From an uncultured delta proteobacterium (GTDB lineage: Bacteria; Desulfobacterota; Binatia; UBA9968): a stretch of DNA of 64,000 nt. Under the pieces are notes generated by a model. It did not search any database and was not told the DNA's origin. It saw nothing but the letters and a program-made list of their open reading frames with translations. Where the stretch lies: the NCBI GenBank assembly GCA_963727625.1, contig CAVSHR010000002.1:640001-704000 (forward strand), read 5' to 3'. Positions 29,221 to 39,796 of the stretch are shown here, in pieces. A program made the position numbers and the translations under genes. The first letter of the stretch is position 1; every line of letters begins with the position of its first letter.

Positions 29221-31551
29221 GTGATGGCGAACTATTCGGTGGTAGGAGAATCGGTTTATCGGACGGACGCCAATCCGAAGGTAACCGGACGGGCGCTGCA
29301 TGTCGGCAATATCGAGATGCCCGGCATGTTGCACGTCGCCGTGCTTCGAAGCCCGTATCCGCATGCCCGGATTACCCGGATCGAGAAATCGAAGGCGGAG
29401 GCGCTGGACGGCGTGGCGGTTGTTTTGACCGGCGCGGAGATTGCCAAGATGCCGGGCGTCGACCCGCACTTCGGTCCGGCGTTTCGCGACCAGCCGATCC
29501 TGGCGGTGGAGCGAGTCTGCTACATCGGCGATTCGGTCGTGGCCGTGGCGGCGGTGGACAAGCGGACGGCGGAAGATGCCTTGCAGCTTGTCGAAGTCGA
29601 TTACGAGCCGCTGCCCGCAGCGCATGATGTGTTGGAAGCGGTAAAACCGGGGTCGCCGCTCGTGCATGAACAACACCGGCCGGCCAAGGCTTTCGCCGAT
29701 CTCGCGCATATGAAAGCCGGTCAGCAATCGAACATTTGCTACCACTTCAAGCTCCGCACCGGCGACGTGGAGAAAGCTTTCGCTGAAGCAGACAGCATAT
29801 TCGAAGACATGTTCAGCTCGCCGCCAGCGCAGCATATGCCGATGGAAGCGCATGTGACGCTGGCCTATCTGGACGAACACGAGCGTTTGAATATCTGGAC
29901 GGCCAGTCAATCGCCGTCTTATGTCCGGACCGAAATTTCCGCGACCTTCGGCATTCCGATGAACCGAATTCGCGTGCGCGTGCCCTATCTTGGCGGCGGC
30001 TACGGCGCCAAGCTCTACGCCAAGCTGGAACCCCTGGTCACCATTCTCGCGTTGATCAGCAAAAGGCCGGTGCGCTATGCGCTGACGCGCGAGGAAGAAT
30101 TTCTCACGATCACCAAGCACAAAGTTGTCACGAAGATCAAAACCGCGATCAAAGACGGGGCGATGACGGCGCGCAAATGCGAAGTTTTCTGGGACACCGG
30201 CGCTTACGCTGAGATCGGCCCGCGCATCGGCCATAAGTCCGGATACACGTCGGCGGGGCCCTATCGCATTCCCAACGTCTGGATCGATTCCTACTGCGTG
30301 TATACCAACAAAGTGCCGGCGGGCGCGTTTCGCGGTTTCGGCGTGCCCCAGGTCATCTGGGCTTATGATTCACAGACCGACATAATCGCGCGGGCTCTCG
30401 GCGCCGACCCCGTGGAGTTTCGCTTGCAGCCGGCGTTGGAAGAGGGCGAGCGTTTCGCCACCGGGACGGTCGTACACTCCTTCGGTGTTAAAGAAGCAAT
30501 CCGACAGGCGGTGCAAGCGATCGAGTGGTCAAAGCCGAAAGCGGCGCAAAGCGGAACCAAGCTGATCGGCAAAGGCATCGCGGCGGGTGTCAAGGCGGTG
30601 CTGACGCCCTCGATCTCCGGCGCCATCGTGATTCTCAACGCCGACGGCAGCGCGAACGTGCTGAGCAGCACGGTGGAGATGGGGCAGGGATCGGAGACGA
30701 CGATGGGGCAGATCGTCGCCGAAGAGTTGGGCATCGGGCCGGACCGTGTTCACATTGTCCAGCCGGATACCGACGTCACGCCTTACGACACCATTACCGC
30801 CGGCAGCCGCTCGACTTACCACATGGGTAACGCGGTGCGCATGGCGGCGGGCAAGATCAAGGCGGAGTTGCGCGAAGTCGTAGCCGCCAAGCTCGAGGTC
30901 GATCCCGTGGATCTGATCGCGCGTAACGGCCGTATCGTCGTACGCGGCATGGAAGAGCGGGGTATGACCATCGGAGAAATATTCTTGGCCAAGTTCGGCA
31001 GTCTCGGCACGACGCTCGCCGCCGAAGCGGTTTGCCAACCGACCGCGGCGCATATGGATCCAGAAACCGGCCAGTCGGAAAAGTGCACGGAGTATTGGTT
31101 CCCTTCGGCCACGGCGGCGGAAGTGGAAGTCGACACGGAAACCGGTCAGGTGAAAGTTTTGCAGCTCATTAGCGTCGGCGACACCGGCACGGCGATCAAT
31201 CCGCGCCACTGCGAGCAGCAGTTGCAAGGCGCCGCGATCATGCATCTGGGACTCACGATGTTCGAAGAAATGATCTTCGACGAAGGCCAGCTCGTCAACG
31301 GTTCGCTGCTCGACTATCAGGTCGCGTCATTCAAGGACATGCCCGAATCGGTTCGATCCATCGTCGTCCAGGTGCCGCACGACGATGGCCCCTTCGGCGC
31401 CAAAGGGGCAGGGGAGACCGGCGCGTTAACCGTGGCGCCGGCGATTGCCAATGCGATTCACGACGCCGTCGGCGTGCGGATTTATGATTTGCCGATCACG
31501 CCGGAAAAGGTTTTGCGGGCGCTTGTTGATAAAGGCGAAACTGCCGCCTAG
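29221..31551 (+). CDS. Xanthine dehydrogenase-family molybdopterin-binding large subunit
   Basis: RSPYPHARI, GGGYGAK, AFRGFG, EMGQG, AGSRST, GPFGAKGAGE, PITPEKV. Confidence 0.94.
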   Translation: MMANYSVVGESVYRTDANPKVTGRALHVGNIEMPGMLHVAVLRSPYPHARITRIEKSKAEALDGVAVVLTGAEIAKMPGVDPHFGPAFRDQPILAVERVCYIGDSVVAVAAVDKRTAEDALQLVEVDYEPLPAAHDVLEAVKPGSPLVHEQHRPAKAFADLAHMKAGQQSNICYHFKLRTGDVEKAFAEADSIFEDMFSSPPAQHMPMEAHVTLAYLDEHERLNIWTASQSPSYVRTEISATFGIPMNRIRVRVPYLGGGYGAKLYAKLEPLVTILALISKRPVRYALTREEEFLTITKHKVVTKIKTAIKDGAMTARKCEVFWDTGAYAEIGPRIGHKSGYTSAGPYRIPNVWIDSYCVYTNKVPAGAFRGFGVPQVIWAYDSQTDIIARALGADPVEFRLQPALEEGERFATGTVVHSFGVKEAIRQAVQAIEWSKPKAAQSGTKLIGKGIAAGVKAVLTPSISGAIVILNADGSANVLSSTVEMGQGSETTMGQIVAEELGIGPDRVHIVQPDTDVTPYDTITAGSRSTYHMGNAVRMAAGKIKAELREVVAAKLEVDPVDLIARNGRIVVRGMEERGMTIGEIFLAKFGSLGTTLAAEAVCQPTAAHMDPETGQSEKCTEYWFPSATAAEVEVDTETGQVKVLQLISVGDTGTAINPRHCEQQLQGAAIMHLGLTMFEEMIFDEGQLVNGSLLDYQVASFKDMPESVRSIVVQVPHDDGPFGAKGAGETGALTVAPAIANAIHDAVGVRIYDLPITPEKVLRALVDKGETAA

Positions 31552-31635
31552 CCGCGCATCCAACGATTCAATGATCCGGTCAATGGAAATTCCTTGATTC
31601 GGTTCGCCCGGGACCGGCAGTGGCAATACAAAAGC

Positions 31636-31663
31636 AGATCCTTCGCTTACGCTCAGGATGACA
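31636..31663. repeat. REP-like extragenic element arm
   Basis: AGATCCTTCGCTTACGCTCAGGATGACA between convergent genes; a related arm TGTCACTTCGAGGCGAAGCCGAGAAAT lies at 61028-61054. Confidence 0.45.
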
Positions 31664-31733
31664 TTCAACGCAATAGAAGTCTCGAACGGCCGATGGCCGT
31701 CTGCGAATTGTTTCAGCGGTAATTAGCTGCAAA

Positions 31734-32714
31734 TCAAATCGCGGCCGGGTGATCGAGCTCGAAGCCGAGGTCCTCGATCATGCGGTGCGCGTCGGAGGCC
31801 TCCTGCCCGGGCGTTGTCAGGTAGCCGTTGACAAAGATTGAGTTTGCCGGATAGAGCGCGAGCGGCTGCAACGAGCGCAGGTTCACTTCTCTGCCGCCGG
31901 CGACGCGAATCTCTTTGGTTGGATTGACGAAGCGGAACAGGCAGAGTGTTTTTAAACAGCGCTGCGGTGTGAGCTCCCGTCTTTCTGCAAAGGGAGTCTT
32001 TGGGATCGAATTCAAAAAATTCACCGGGATCGAGTCGATGTCCATGGCTCGCAGCGTCAGCGCCAAGTCGATGATGTCCTGGTCGCTCTCGCCCATGCCG
32101 ATGATGCCGCCGGAGCAGGTGCCGATGCCGGCGTGCTTGACGTTTTCAAGGGTGGCGACTCGGTCGTCGTAGCTGTGCGTCGTGACGATATCGGGATGGT
32201 GCGCGCGGCTGGTATTCAGGTTGTGATTGACCCGGCCGACGCCGGCGTCCTTGAGCTTGAGCGCTTTATCCTCGCTCATCAGGCCGAGCGAGCAGCAAAT
32301 ATTGATCCCCACCGTTTCGCGGATCTCGCGCACCGCTTCGGCGATCTCGTCGATCTCCTTGTTGGTCGGGCCCCGTCCGCTGTTGACGATGCAGTAGCGC
32401 ACGGCACCCGCGGCTTTGGCGGCCTTGGCGCCTTCCAAGAGTTGTTTTTTCGACATGAACGGGTAGCGGTCGATGGGCGCGTCGGACACCGAGGATTGCG
32501 AGCAATAGTGGCAGTCTTCCGGACAGAGGCCGCTCTTGGCATTCTGCAGGACGTGAATCCGCACCCGCTTGCCGTAGTAATGACGGCGCACCTTGAACGC
32601 AGCGCTCAGCAGTTCCGGTAATTGTTCCTCGGAAGCGTCAAGCACCGCTTTCAATTCATCCCGTTCCGGGATGATGCCTTGCAATGCCTTGTCCGCGAGT
32701 TCCTGAAAATTCAT
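31734..32714 (-). CDS. bioB: Biotin synthase
   Basis: NAKSGLCPEDCHYCSQS radical SAM motif, NHNLNTS, CSGGIIGMGE, SIPVNFL, IRVAGGRE, ANSIFVNGYLTT; start trimmed to MNFQEL. Confidence 0.95.
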   Translation of the reverse strand: MNFQELADKALQGIIPERDELKAVLDASEEQLPELLSAAFKVRRHYYGKRVRIHVLQNAKSGLCPEDCHYCSQSSVSDAPIDRYPFMSKKQLLEGAKAAKAAGAVRYCIVNSGRGPTNKEIDEIAEAVREIRETVGINICCSLGLMSEDKALKLKDAGVGRVNHNLNTSRAHHPDIVTTHSYDDRVATLENVKHAGIGTCSGGIIGMGESDQDIIDLALTLRAMDIDSIPVNFLNSIPKTPFAERRELTPQRCLKTLCLFRFVNPTKEIRVAGGREVNLRSLQPLALYPANSIFVNGYLTTPGQEASDAHRMIEDLGFELDHPAAI

Positions 32715-32739
32715 GCCGGCCTCCAAAACTAGCCAGTTT

Positions 32740-32958
32740 CTAACATGCGCGTTCCGACCTTGCAAATATGGCTTGGCGAGAACGAAACCTTCCCCAAGTG
32801 TAAATAAAACCGGCCAAAATAAAATGAAAAAAAATCGGGATCATACCGCCCAACCAGCGCATTGCCGGGCGTAAGATCATCGTCAAAACGTAACGGGCGA
32901 TCATGCTGCCGGCGTAAAGCGCGCTGAACCCGATCAGCGGGCGCGAGTGACGGGTCAC
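32740..32958 (-). pseudogene. Probable C-terminal fragment of a small membrane protein
   Basis: Two hydrophobic helices (LIGFSALYAGSMIARYVLTM; WLGGMIPIFFHFILAGFIY) with no convincing start or SD. Confidence 0.45.
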
Positions 32959-33001
32959 AGGAGAGTCGCCAGTGCGAGAGCCGGACCGTGCAAAGGCGGC
33001 A

Positions 33002-33775
33002 TCAACGGATTGTTTTGACGACGGACGCGGGGTCGGGGCTCTCGACGACGAACATGCGCTCGCCGGCGTCTTCCAACGCCGTGCTCAGCAGCGCTGCTTT
33101 GAATTGCACGTCGCGGCCGCCGCGCGCCAAACTCGACTGAGACTTGCGCTCGAACCAACCGGGTTTCATCAGCCAGAGCGCCGGGGCGCCCAGTCGAAGC
33201 GAATCGCGCTTCTGCGCGTATTCGAGATTCAGGCGGCATAGGTGCGAATCGAGCTCATAGAGGAGCTGTTCGAGGCACTCGTGGGCCGGACTAGCGCCGT
33301 CAAACTCCACCGAGAAGACATAGCGCGACTGGTTGACATCGGCGCAGGCGCGGAAATGGCGCACCGGCAGGCTGGTTGCGGCTTGGGCGTGGGCGAGCGC
33401 CTGGATCACCTGATCGACATGCAGTTTCTCGCCGGTGACGCTGGTGACGTCGCGACCCTTGCGAATGAATTCAAGCAGCGGGGTGCGGTTGTAAAAACCG
33501 GGGATGCGAACCACGTCGTTGATATCGTAGCGGTAGAGGCCGCCGGGCGTCGTGAGAACGATATAGTATTCCTTGCCCACTTCCAGTTCAGCACAGCCAA
33601 GCGGCGTGGCGGTGGCGTTGCCGAATTCGCTCTCAGGAATGAATTCGTAAAAATTGGCGCCGATATCCCGTATTCCCGCCGAGCCCGAATCGGCAATCGG
33701 TAGGGTGATCTGCGCCTCGCTGGCCATGTAGCCCAGGTCGCGCACCGGCGTTGCTTCATCGAACCAAAGACTCAA
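33002..33775 (-). pseudogene. 5'-truncated GH3-family (acyl-adenylate-forming amido synthetase) gene
   Basis: GYMASE, FYEFIP, GGLYRYDINDVV, TGEKL motifs of the GH3 C-terminal half; the N-terminal half with the SSGTT-type motif is absent. Confidence 0.8.
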
Positions 33776-33782
33776 TCATCAC

Positions 33783-33962
33783 GCCTTCCTCGGCGTGGCG
33801 GATGTCGACTTCGGAGTGAAGCGCAAACCAGCGGAGCGCGGCGTTCGCGGACGCGTAACGGCTTGTCAGTGCGCCGGCGATTTCGCCGGAGCAGCGCGAC
33901 AGGATGAATTCGAAACTCATGGTTTCGAGCAGAACCGACAAACAAAGCTCCCGTGGAGTCGC
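33783..33962 (-). pseudogene. Internal fragment of a haem-oxygenase-like diiron (PqqC/TenA/CADD-like) redox enzyme
   Basis: Frame of ORF 33756..34196 reads LETMSFEF...LRWFALHSEVDIRHAEEG (E...HxxxDxxH pattern); no proper start. Boundaries approximate. Confidence 0.55.
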
Positions 33963-34036
33963 TACCGGCGCCCGCGCGGCGCAAAAGGGCAACCCGCTGG
34001 CGCGCGGCGGCGGTTGTATTTTCACTGAAGTGATCC

Positions 34037-37000
34037 TTACGCGACCGGTGTTTGTGAAAATTCCCGGGCCATCGCTTTGATTTTCTTCAGATCCACTTTG
34101 CCAGAACCGAGTAGCGGCAGCGAGTCGATAAAGTGAAGATTCTCCCGTTTGGGAATCCACAGCTTCGGCAGCTCCGAGTGATTCAACTTGTCCCACAGTT
34201 CTTCTCTGGTGATGCCGTTTTGAGCGTAGAAGGCGATCAGTTTCTCGCCCCGCTGTGCGTCGGGTAGCGCGACGACGACGGAAGCAGCGCTGCCCAGCGT
34301 TGCATTCATGATCTCTTCGATCTTCATATGCGGCACCATCTCGCCGCCGATCTTGCTGAAGCGCGAGATCCGGTCGGTGATCTGGATGAAGCCATCGTCG
34401 TCGACGGCGGCAATATCCCCGGTAACATACCAGCCGCGGCGCAAGGCTTGATCGGTGAGCCCCGGCTGGCCGAGATAACCGAGCATCAAATTGGGCCCCT
34501 TGACGAGCAAGAGGCCGGGTTCGCCGGGAGGAAGCGGCCCGTCGCGGTCCGGGTCGACGACCTTGACTGCGACACCGGGAAGCGGCCGCCCCACGGTACC
34601 GAGCTTGTGGCCGAGCTGTTTCTCCTTGCCGTCGAATACATCGGGGATATTGACGGCCACGACCGGCGCCAGCTCGGTGCAGCCGTAGCCCTCCAAAATC
34701 GTCAAGCCGAATTTTTCCTCATAGCTCTTGCCGGTCTGTTCGCGTAATTTCTCGGCGCCGGCGATCAAGTAGCGCAGTGAAGCGAACTCTTCTTTGGTAC
34801 AACGGCGCAAATACCCAGCGAAAAAAGTCGGCGTGCTGATCAGCAGCGTGGCGCGGTATTTTTGCACGGTTTCGCCGATGGTTTTGGCATCGGTGGGATT
34901 GGGGTGATAGACCGCGCCGAAACGGGCGAGCAGCGGCAGCCAGAGCGTGCCGGTGAAGCCGAAGGAGTGAAACAGCGGCAAAACCCCCATGATTCGGTCA
35001 TTCGGCATGAACTCAATCACTTGGCGGATCCCTTCGATGTTCGAAATGATGTTCCAATGCGACAGCATGACGCCCTTCGGCTCTCCTGTACTGCCGCTGG
35101 AAAAAATCACCGTCGCGAGGTCGTTGGGCCGTTGGTTCTTGAGATAGCGACGGTTGAGCAGGGACGACGGCACGAGAGCTGCTTTTAGCGCCGCTGCGAA
35201 TCTCTGCGCCGGTGTAAATGTCTTTCGCAGCTCTTCGAGATAGACCATGCCGTCGAGTTTCTCTAAACCGGCTTTGCTTAGAAATAACCGCGAAGTCACG
35301 ATGGTGATGATGCCGCACTGTGCCAATGCGGAGGCCATGGCTTCGCGTCCACTGGTGAAGTTCAAATTCACCGGGACTTTTCCGGCGAGAAGAATCGCGA
35401 TGTTGGCCAGCGAGCCGCCCACCGAAGCGGGCAGCAGCACACCCACCATCGACTCCGCGGCGCAGTATTTTTTCAACCAGTTCGAAAGCAGCAGGCTGCC
35501 GATCAATATTTTGCCGTAGGTGAGCTCCGTGCCTGTGGTGTCGGCCATGCAGAAGGAGGACCAGTGCCGCTTGGCGGTGGCGATAAATTTCGTGTGCAGC
35601 AGCTCGGCGGCGCTGTGGCGATACTCAAATGCCTTGCTCTCGAGCTCGAGCACGGCGTTGCGCACCTCATGGACCGTCGCGTTGGACGGCAGCGGCGGAC
35701 CGAAGGAGACCGTGACCGGATGGGGAAATTGTTTAGGCCATTTCCAAAAGAATCGGCCTTGATTGAAGCTGAAGATACTGCCCCAGAGTTGATCCAGGTG
35801 AACCGGTATGATTGGCACGCCGGTCCCCTCGACAATTTTTTCGAAGCCGCGCTTGAAGGGCAAGATGTGACCGGTGCGGGTGATCGCGCCTTCGGCGAAG
35901 ACACAGACGACATGGCCCTTGTCGAGCTCATTGCGCGCGTGCTTGAGCGACTGCACGATGTCGCGGCGGTTGCTTGCCGAAACCGGAATCGAGCGCATCA
36001 GGCGGAAGAACCAGTTCAATCCTTTGAGATCGTAGTAGTCACGGTGCAGCATGAAGCGGACAAATCGCGGCAAGGCGCCGCCGACCATGAAGGCGTCGAC
36101 GAAGGAAACGTGGTTCGACACCAGCAGCGCCGGGCCCTTCAGCGGCAGATTCTCCGCGCCGACGATCTTGATTCGGTACGCCGTGTGGGTGAATGCCCAG
36201 AGGATGAAACGCACGAAGTAGTCCGGCAGAAAATAAAGAATCACCGCAGTGCCGCCCAGGGTGAGCAGACCGGTCAGCAAAATGATGACATCCGGCGTGA
36301 GTTGGAGCGCGGATTTGAGAAACCAGTGAATCCCGGCGGCAAGAAAAATTCCCAGGGTATTCATGAAATTATTGGTCGCGAGCAACTGTCCCTTTTCCTC
36401 GCGTCCGGCCTTTTGTTGGAGAAAGGCATTGAGCGGAACCGCGAACAGGCCGGCAGAGAAACCCAGGCCCATCAGCGCGACGGCGGTGTGCGGATAGGAG
36501 GGCGTGGCCAGCGCGACCCAGCCCAAACACACGCCCATGGCCACCGAACCCAGGGGTACCAGACCCAGCTCTATGTGATCGCCGGAGAGTCGTCCCGCGG
36601 CCAAGCTCCCCAGGCCGATGCCGATCGCCAGGAATGTCGCGAGCAGTCCGATGTAAAACTCGTCGAGCCGGAGTAGCTCCCTGCCAAAGAACAACATGTT
36701 GATTTGCACCAGGGCGCCCAGAAACCAAAAGTAAGAAATGCCGATCACCGTGAGCCAGAGCGGCCGTTCGGCACGCAAGCGGCGCAGACCGTCGACGATT
36801 TCTCCGAAGGGATTGAGCCGAAAGAGCTTGGTTGCCCCTGACGGCCGCACCCGAACGATTTTAAGACTCGTCAATAAGCCAAGCACAGCGATGGCGATCA
36901 TCAACAGGCCGATCAGCGGCAGGTTGCGTTTCCACAACGCGAAGATCGCGCCGCCAGCGGAGGTGCCGAGGACGATCGCCATAAAGGTGCTCATCTCCAG

Positions 37001-37438
37001 CAGGCCGTTGCCGCGTGATAGATCGGCGTCGGGCAGCATTTCCGGCAAGATGCCGTACTTAGCCGGACTGAAGAAAGCGGCATGCAAACCCATGAGAAAG
37101 ACGATGGCAAGCATGGAATCGACATGGCCGGTGAAGAAGGCCGCGAGGGCCAAGAGCATGATGAGAATCTCGCAGAACTTCACGATCACCAAAATGCTTC
37201 TTTTGCTGTAGACGTCGGCCAAGTGGCCGGCGTAGCCGGAAAACAGCGCCGAGGGCAGCATGAATAAAAAGGCGATAAGCTCGACGTAACTACCCGTGCC
37301 GTTGATCGCCAGATCGAGCGCGACGAAGGAAACGACAATTTTTAAGAAATTATCGTTGAAGGCGCCGAGAAATTGGGTGCAGAAAAACGCGAAGAATCCC
37401 GGCTGTTTCAATGTGTCGATATATCTGCCGTCGTTCAT
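34037..37438 (-). CDS. aas: Acyl-ACP:phospholipid O-acyltransferase / acyl-ACP synthetase fused to an LplT-like MFS domain
   Basis: TQFLGAFNDN and PAKYGILPE (MFS), NHVSFVD and FAEG (PlsC), FSSGSTGEPKGV, EGYGCTE, SRFSKIGGEMV (adenylation). Confidence 0.93.
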   Translation of the reverse strand: MNDGRYIDTLKQPGFFAFFCTQFLGAFNDNFLKIVVSFVALDLAINGTGSYVELIAFLFMLPSALFSGYAGHLADVYSKRSILVIVKFCEILIMLLALAAFFTGHVDSMLAIVFLMGLHAAFFSPAKYGILPEMLPDADLSRGNGLLEMSTFMAIVLGTSAGGAIFALWKRNLPLIGLLMIAIAVLGLLTSLKIVRVRPSGATKLFRLNPFGEIVDGLRRLRAERPLWLTVIGISYFWFLGALVQINMLFFGRELLRLDEFYIGLLATFLAIGIGLGSLAAGRLSGDHIELGLVPLGSVAMGVCLGWVALATPSYPHTAVALMGLGFSAGLFAVPLNAFLQQKAGREEKGQLLATNNFMNTLGIFLAAGIHWFLKSALQLTPDVIILLTGLLTLGGTAVILYFLPDYFVRFILWAFTHTAYRIKIVGAENLPLKGPALLVSNHVSFVDAFMVGGALPRFVRFMLHRDYYDLKGLNWFFRLMRSIPVSASNRRDIVQSLKHARNELDKGHVVCVFAEGAITRTGHILPFKRGFEKIVEGTGVPIIPVHLDQLWGSIFSFNQGRFFWKWPKQFPHPVTVSFGPPLPSNATVHEVRNAVLELESKAFEYRHSAAELLHTKFIATAKRHWSSFCMADTTGTELTYGKILIGSLLLSNWLKKYCAAESMVGVLLPASVGGSLANIAILLAGKVPVNLNFTSGREAMASALAQCGIITIVTSRLFLSKAGLEKLDGMVYLEELRKTFTPAQRFAAALKAALVPSSLLNRRYLKNQRPNDLATVIFSSGSTGEPKGVMLSHWNIISNIEGIRQVIEFMPNDRIMGVLPLFHSFGFTGTLWLPLLARFGAVYHPNPTDAKTIGETVQKYRATLLISTPTFFAGYLRRCTKEEFASLRYLIAGAEKLREQTGKSYEEKFGLTILEGYGCTELAPVVAVNIPDVFDGKEKQLGHKLGTVGRPLPGVAVKVVDPDRDGPLPPGEPGLLLVKGPNLMLGYLGQPGLTDQALRRGWYVTGDIAAVDDDGFIQITDRISRFSKIGGEMVPHMKIEEIMNATLGSAASVVVALPDAQRGEKLIAFYAQNGITREELWDKLNHSELPKLWIPKRENLHFIDSLPLLGSGKVDLKKIKAMAREFSQTPVA

Positions 37439-37754
37439 AAAGCTCTCTGGGCTCGGTCGGTACTATTTTTTTAATCCATTGGATGCGAATTTCAAGCAAT
37501 TTTTTTAATCACGAGTTAATGGCATTGTAACGTTGTCGTGACCATTGAGTTAGCCAAGCCGACCCAGGCGATCGTGCTCTTGAAACACGCTTGCGATTTA
37601 GCTTTTGTTCACACTGTCGAGGATGGGTGAAATCGACGCGCGCGTCTTCAAAACAAAGCTATGTCGGCATGGATTTCCCCAGAAAGTCCAATGCAGACTA
37701 TTCGACTCCAACCGCAAGTTTCCTGGTTACAATATCACCGTTTCGTGCCGGTGC

Positions 37755-37783
37755 TTGCAACGACGGATACTTGTCACCATAAT
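37755..37783 (+). promoter_or_regulatory. Putative sigma70 promoter of pgeF (leaderless or very short leader)
   Basis: TTGCAA-17 nt-CATAAT, 9 nt before ATG 37793, no SD. Confidence 0.55.
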
Positions 37784-37792
37784 CGTTCGGGT

Positions 37793-38566
37793 ATGGAATT
37801 TACTTGTCTTCAGGTGCCCGCGTGGCAAGAGTACCAGGGCCTGTTGCATGGTTTCACCGGCCGGCGCGGCGGCAGGAGTGTAGGACCTTACGCGGGGTTG
37901 AACGTTTCTTATCGCGTCGGCGACGATCCGAAGGTCGTGAGCCAGAATGTTTGTGATGTTAAGCTGGCCGCCGACATTCACGATGGCCGGATCGTCACCA
38001 TGCGCCAGGTGCACGGCGATCACATTGTCGAGGTGAAAGACAAGACCCTGAAGGAGGCGGGCGAGGCCGACGGCATGATCACCGGCAAGCCTGAAATATT
38101 TCTCGCCGTGTTAACCGCCGACTGTGTCCCGCTGTTGTTCGTGGCGCCGAGACAGAGGTTGGCCGCCGCCGTTCATGCGGGATGGCGTGGCACATTGGCT
38201 GGGATCGCTGAAAAAACGGTTCGGCTATTCAATGAAAATTATGGTGTCGAAACTGATGATCTGGAGGTCGCTCTTGGTCCAGCTATCGGGGTTTGCTGTT
38301 ACGAAGTCAAAGACGATGTTTCAGGGCCATTGATGAAAAAATGGGGCAAGTTGACGACCCCGAGCGTCTCGGTCAAAGAAGGAAAGACGTTTGTCAATTT
38401 ACGCCGCCTCAATCGAGATATTCTCCGGGCATCCGGCGTGCCGGGAAAACAACTCTATGAAGTCGGCCCTTGCACGAGCTGTGCGCCGGAGGTATTTTTC
38501 TCCTACCGGCGGGCAGGCAGCGAAACCGGCCGGCAGATGAGCTTTGTCGGATGGCAGCCCGTCTAA
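37793..38566 (+). CDS. pgeF: PgeF/YfiH (laccase-domain, purine nucleoside phosphorylase-like) protein
   Basis: HGFTGRRGG.S, QVHG, LTADCVP, HAGWRG, GPAIG.CCYEV, FFSYRR. Confidence 0.93.
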   Translation: MEFTCLQVPAWQEYQGLLHGFTGRRGGRSVGPYAGLNVSYRVGDDPKVVSQNVCDVKLAADIHDGRIVTMRQVHGDHIVEVKDKTLKEAGEADGMITGKPEIFLAVLTADCVPLLFVAPRQRLAAAVHAGWRGTLAGIAEKTVRLFNENYGVETDDLEVALGPAIGVCCYEVKDDVSGPLMKKWGKLTTPSVSVKEGKTFVNLRRLNRDILRASGVPGKQLYEVGPCTSCAPEVFFSYRRAGSETGRQMSFVGWQPV

Positions 38567-38737
38567 TTCTTGTCGGCGCATCTGGAGCTGCAACGGCAAC
38601 CCGAGTCTCTCTGCCGGCATCTTTTACCGAAACAGACAATACGGCCTTTCCTTATATTCGCGTTTATATTAAGTAGTTCTTCGTGAGCGCCAGCGCTATG
38701 GCTCGCTTCAATCAGAGGTCATTGGGGAGGCATCCTT

Positions 38738-39700
38738 ATGGGAATAAGTCGCCGGAGTTTCTTGGCTAAAGTCAGCGTTGGCATTGCGGCTCTACCGTTT
38801 GCGGAAGGTTTTAGCTGGGCGCAAACCAAGAGCAAGCTTGGCTACATGAAGATCGTCGATTGTTCGCCGATGTTCATGGCGATGGAGAAGGGTTTTTTTA
38901 AGGCCGAAGGATTGGAATTGAAAACCGTGCCGATGGCTGGCGGCGCGGTGATCGTGCAGGGTGTGACATCGGGCGATTTGCAGTTTGGCTGGACCAACGT
39001 GATTTCCCTTTACCAGGCTTACGTCGAAGGTTTTGATTTTAAACTGGTCGCGGGCGGCGCGACCAACGTGCGCGGCACCAATGATACCCACGCCATCGAA
39101 GTCTTGAAAGATTCTCCCATCAAACGAGCCAAAGACCTCGAAGGCAAAACCGTCGCGGTCAACACTTTGAACAACATAGTTCACTTGATGGCGATGGCCT
39201 GGGTGGACAAGAACGGCGGCAGCTCGGCCAAAGTCAAATTCATCGAGCTGCCGTTTCCCCGGATGGAAGCCGCTCTCGTGGCCGGCAAGGTGGATGCGAT
39301 CAGCGTGCACGAGCCCTTCGCCGCGGCGGCGGCGCGCAAAGCGGAGATTCGGGTGCTGGCGAATCCATGGGGCGATGTCGCGCCAAAGTTTTTGATTGCC
39401 AGTTGGTTCGCATCGGAAAAATGGGTACAGAAGAACAGAAAAACCGCCGAAGCCTTCGTGCGTGCGCTCAATCGCGGCATTGACGCAATTCATGCCGACA
39501 AAGAAGGCGCGCGCGCTGCCATGATTAAGTGGGCGGGGCTCAAACCCGATATGGTGGGAAAAATCGGCCTGCCGCTGTTCGACAAGACCCTGTCGGAAAA
39601 GGATCTCCAAGCCACCATTGACCTCACGTTCAAATACAAATTAATTTCGCGCAAGATCAAAGCGCGCGAAGTCATCAGCGGCATCGCGACTAAGGCTTAA
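38738..39700 (+). CDS. ABC transporter substrate-binding protein (NitT/TauT type), probable Tat signal
   Basis: SRRSFL twin-arginine motif, EKGFFKAEGL, DLEGKTVAVN; first gene of the ABC operon. Confidence 0.9.
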   Translation: MGISRRSFLAKVSVGIAALPFAEGFSWAQTKSKLGYMKIVDCSPMFMAMEKGFFKAEGLELKTVPMAGGAVIVQGVTSGDLQFGWTNVISLYQAYVEGFDFKLVAGGATNVRGTNDTHAIEVLKDSPIKRAKDLEGKTVAVNTLNNIVHLMAMAWVDKNGGSSAKVKFIELPFPRMEAALVAGKVDAISVHEPFAAAAARKAEIRVLANPWGDVAPKFLIASWFASEKWVQKNRKTAEAFVRALNRGIDAIHADKEGARAAMIKWAGLKPDMVGKIGLPLFDKTLSEKDLQATIDLTFKYKLISRKIKAREVISGIATKA

Positions 39701-39796
39701 AGGAAAGATTTTCCAAAGGGGCGGCCTGGTTAACGGATTCAAAATCCGTTGCCTCTACGCTCCAATGCTTCCGCGCTCTAATAGTTCCATTCTCCC

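Noticed and set aside
29221-31551. Aerobic CO dehydrogenase CoxL
   Set aside because: The active-site loop is AFRGFG, not the form I AYxCSFR, and coxM/coxS are absent.
35564-36676. Long antisense ORFs (370 aa here; also 13650..14555, 29209..30234, 61283..62161)
   Set aside because: They lie opposite well-supported genes and are expected from GC-rich codon bias; no motifs.
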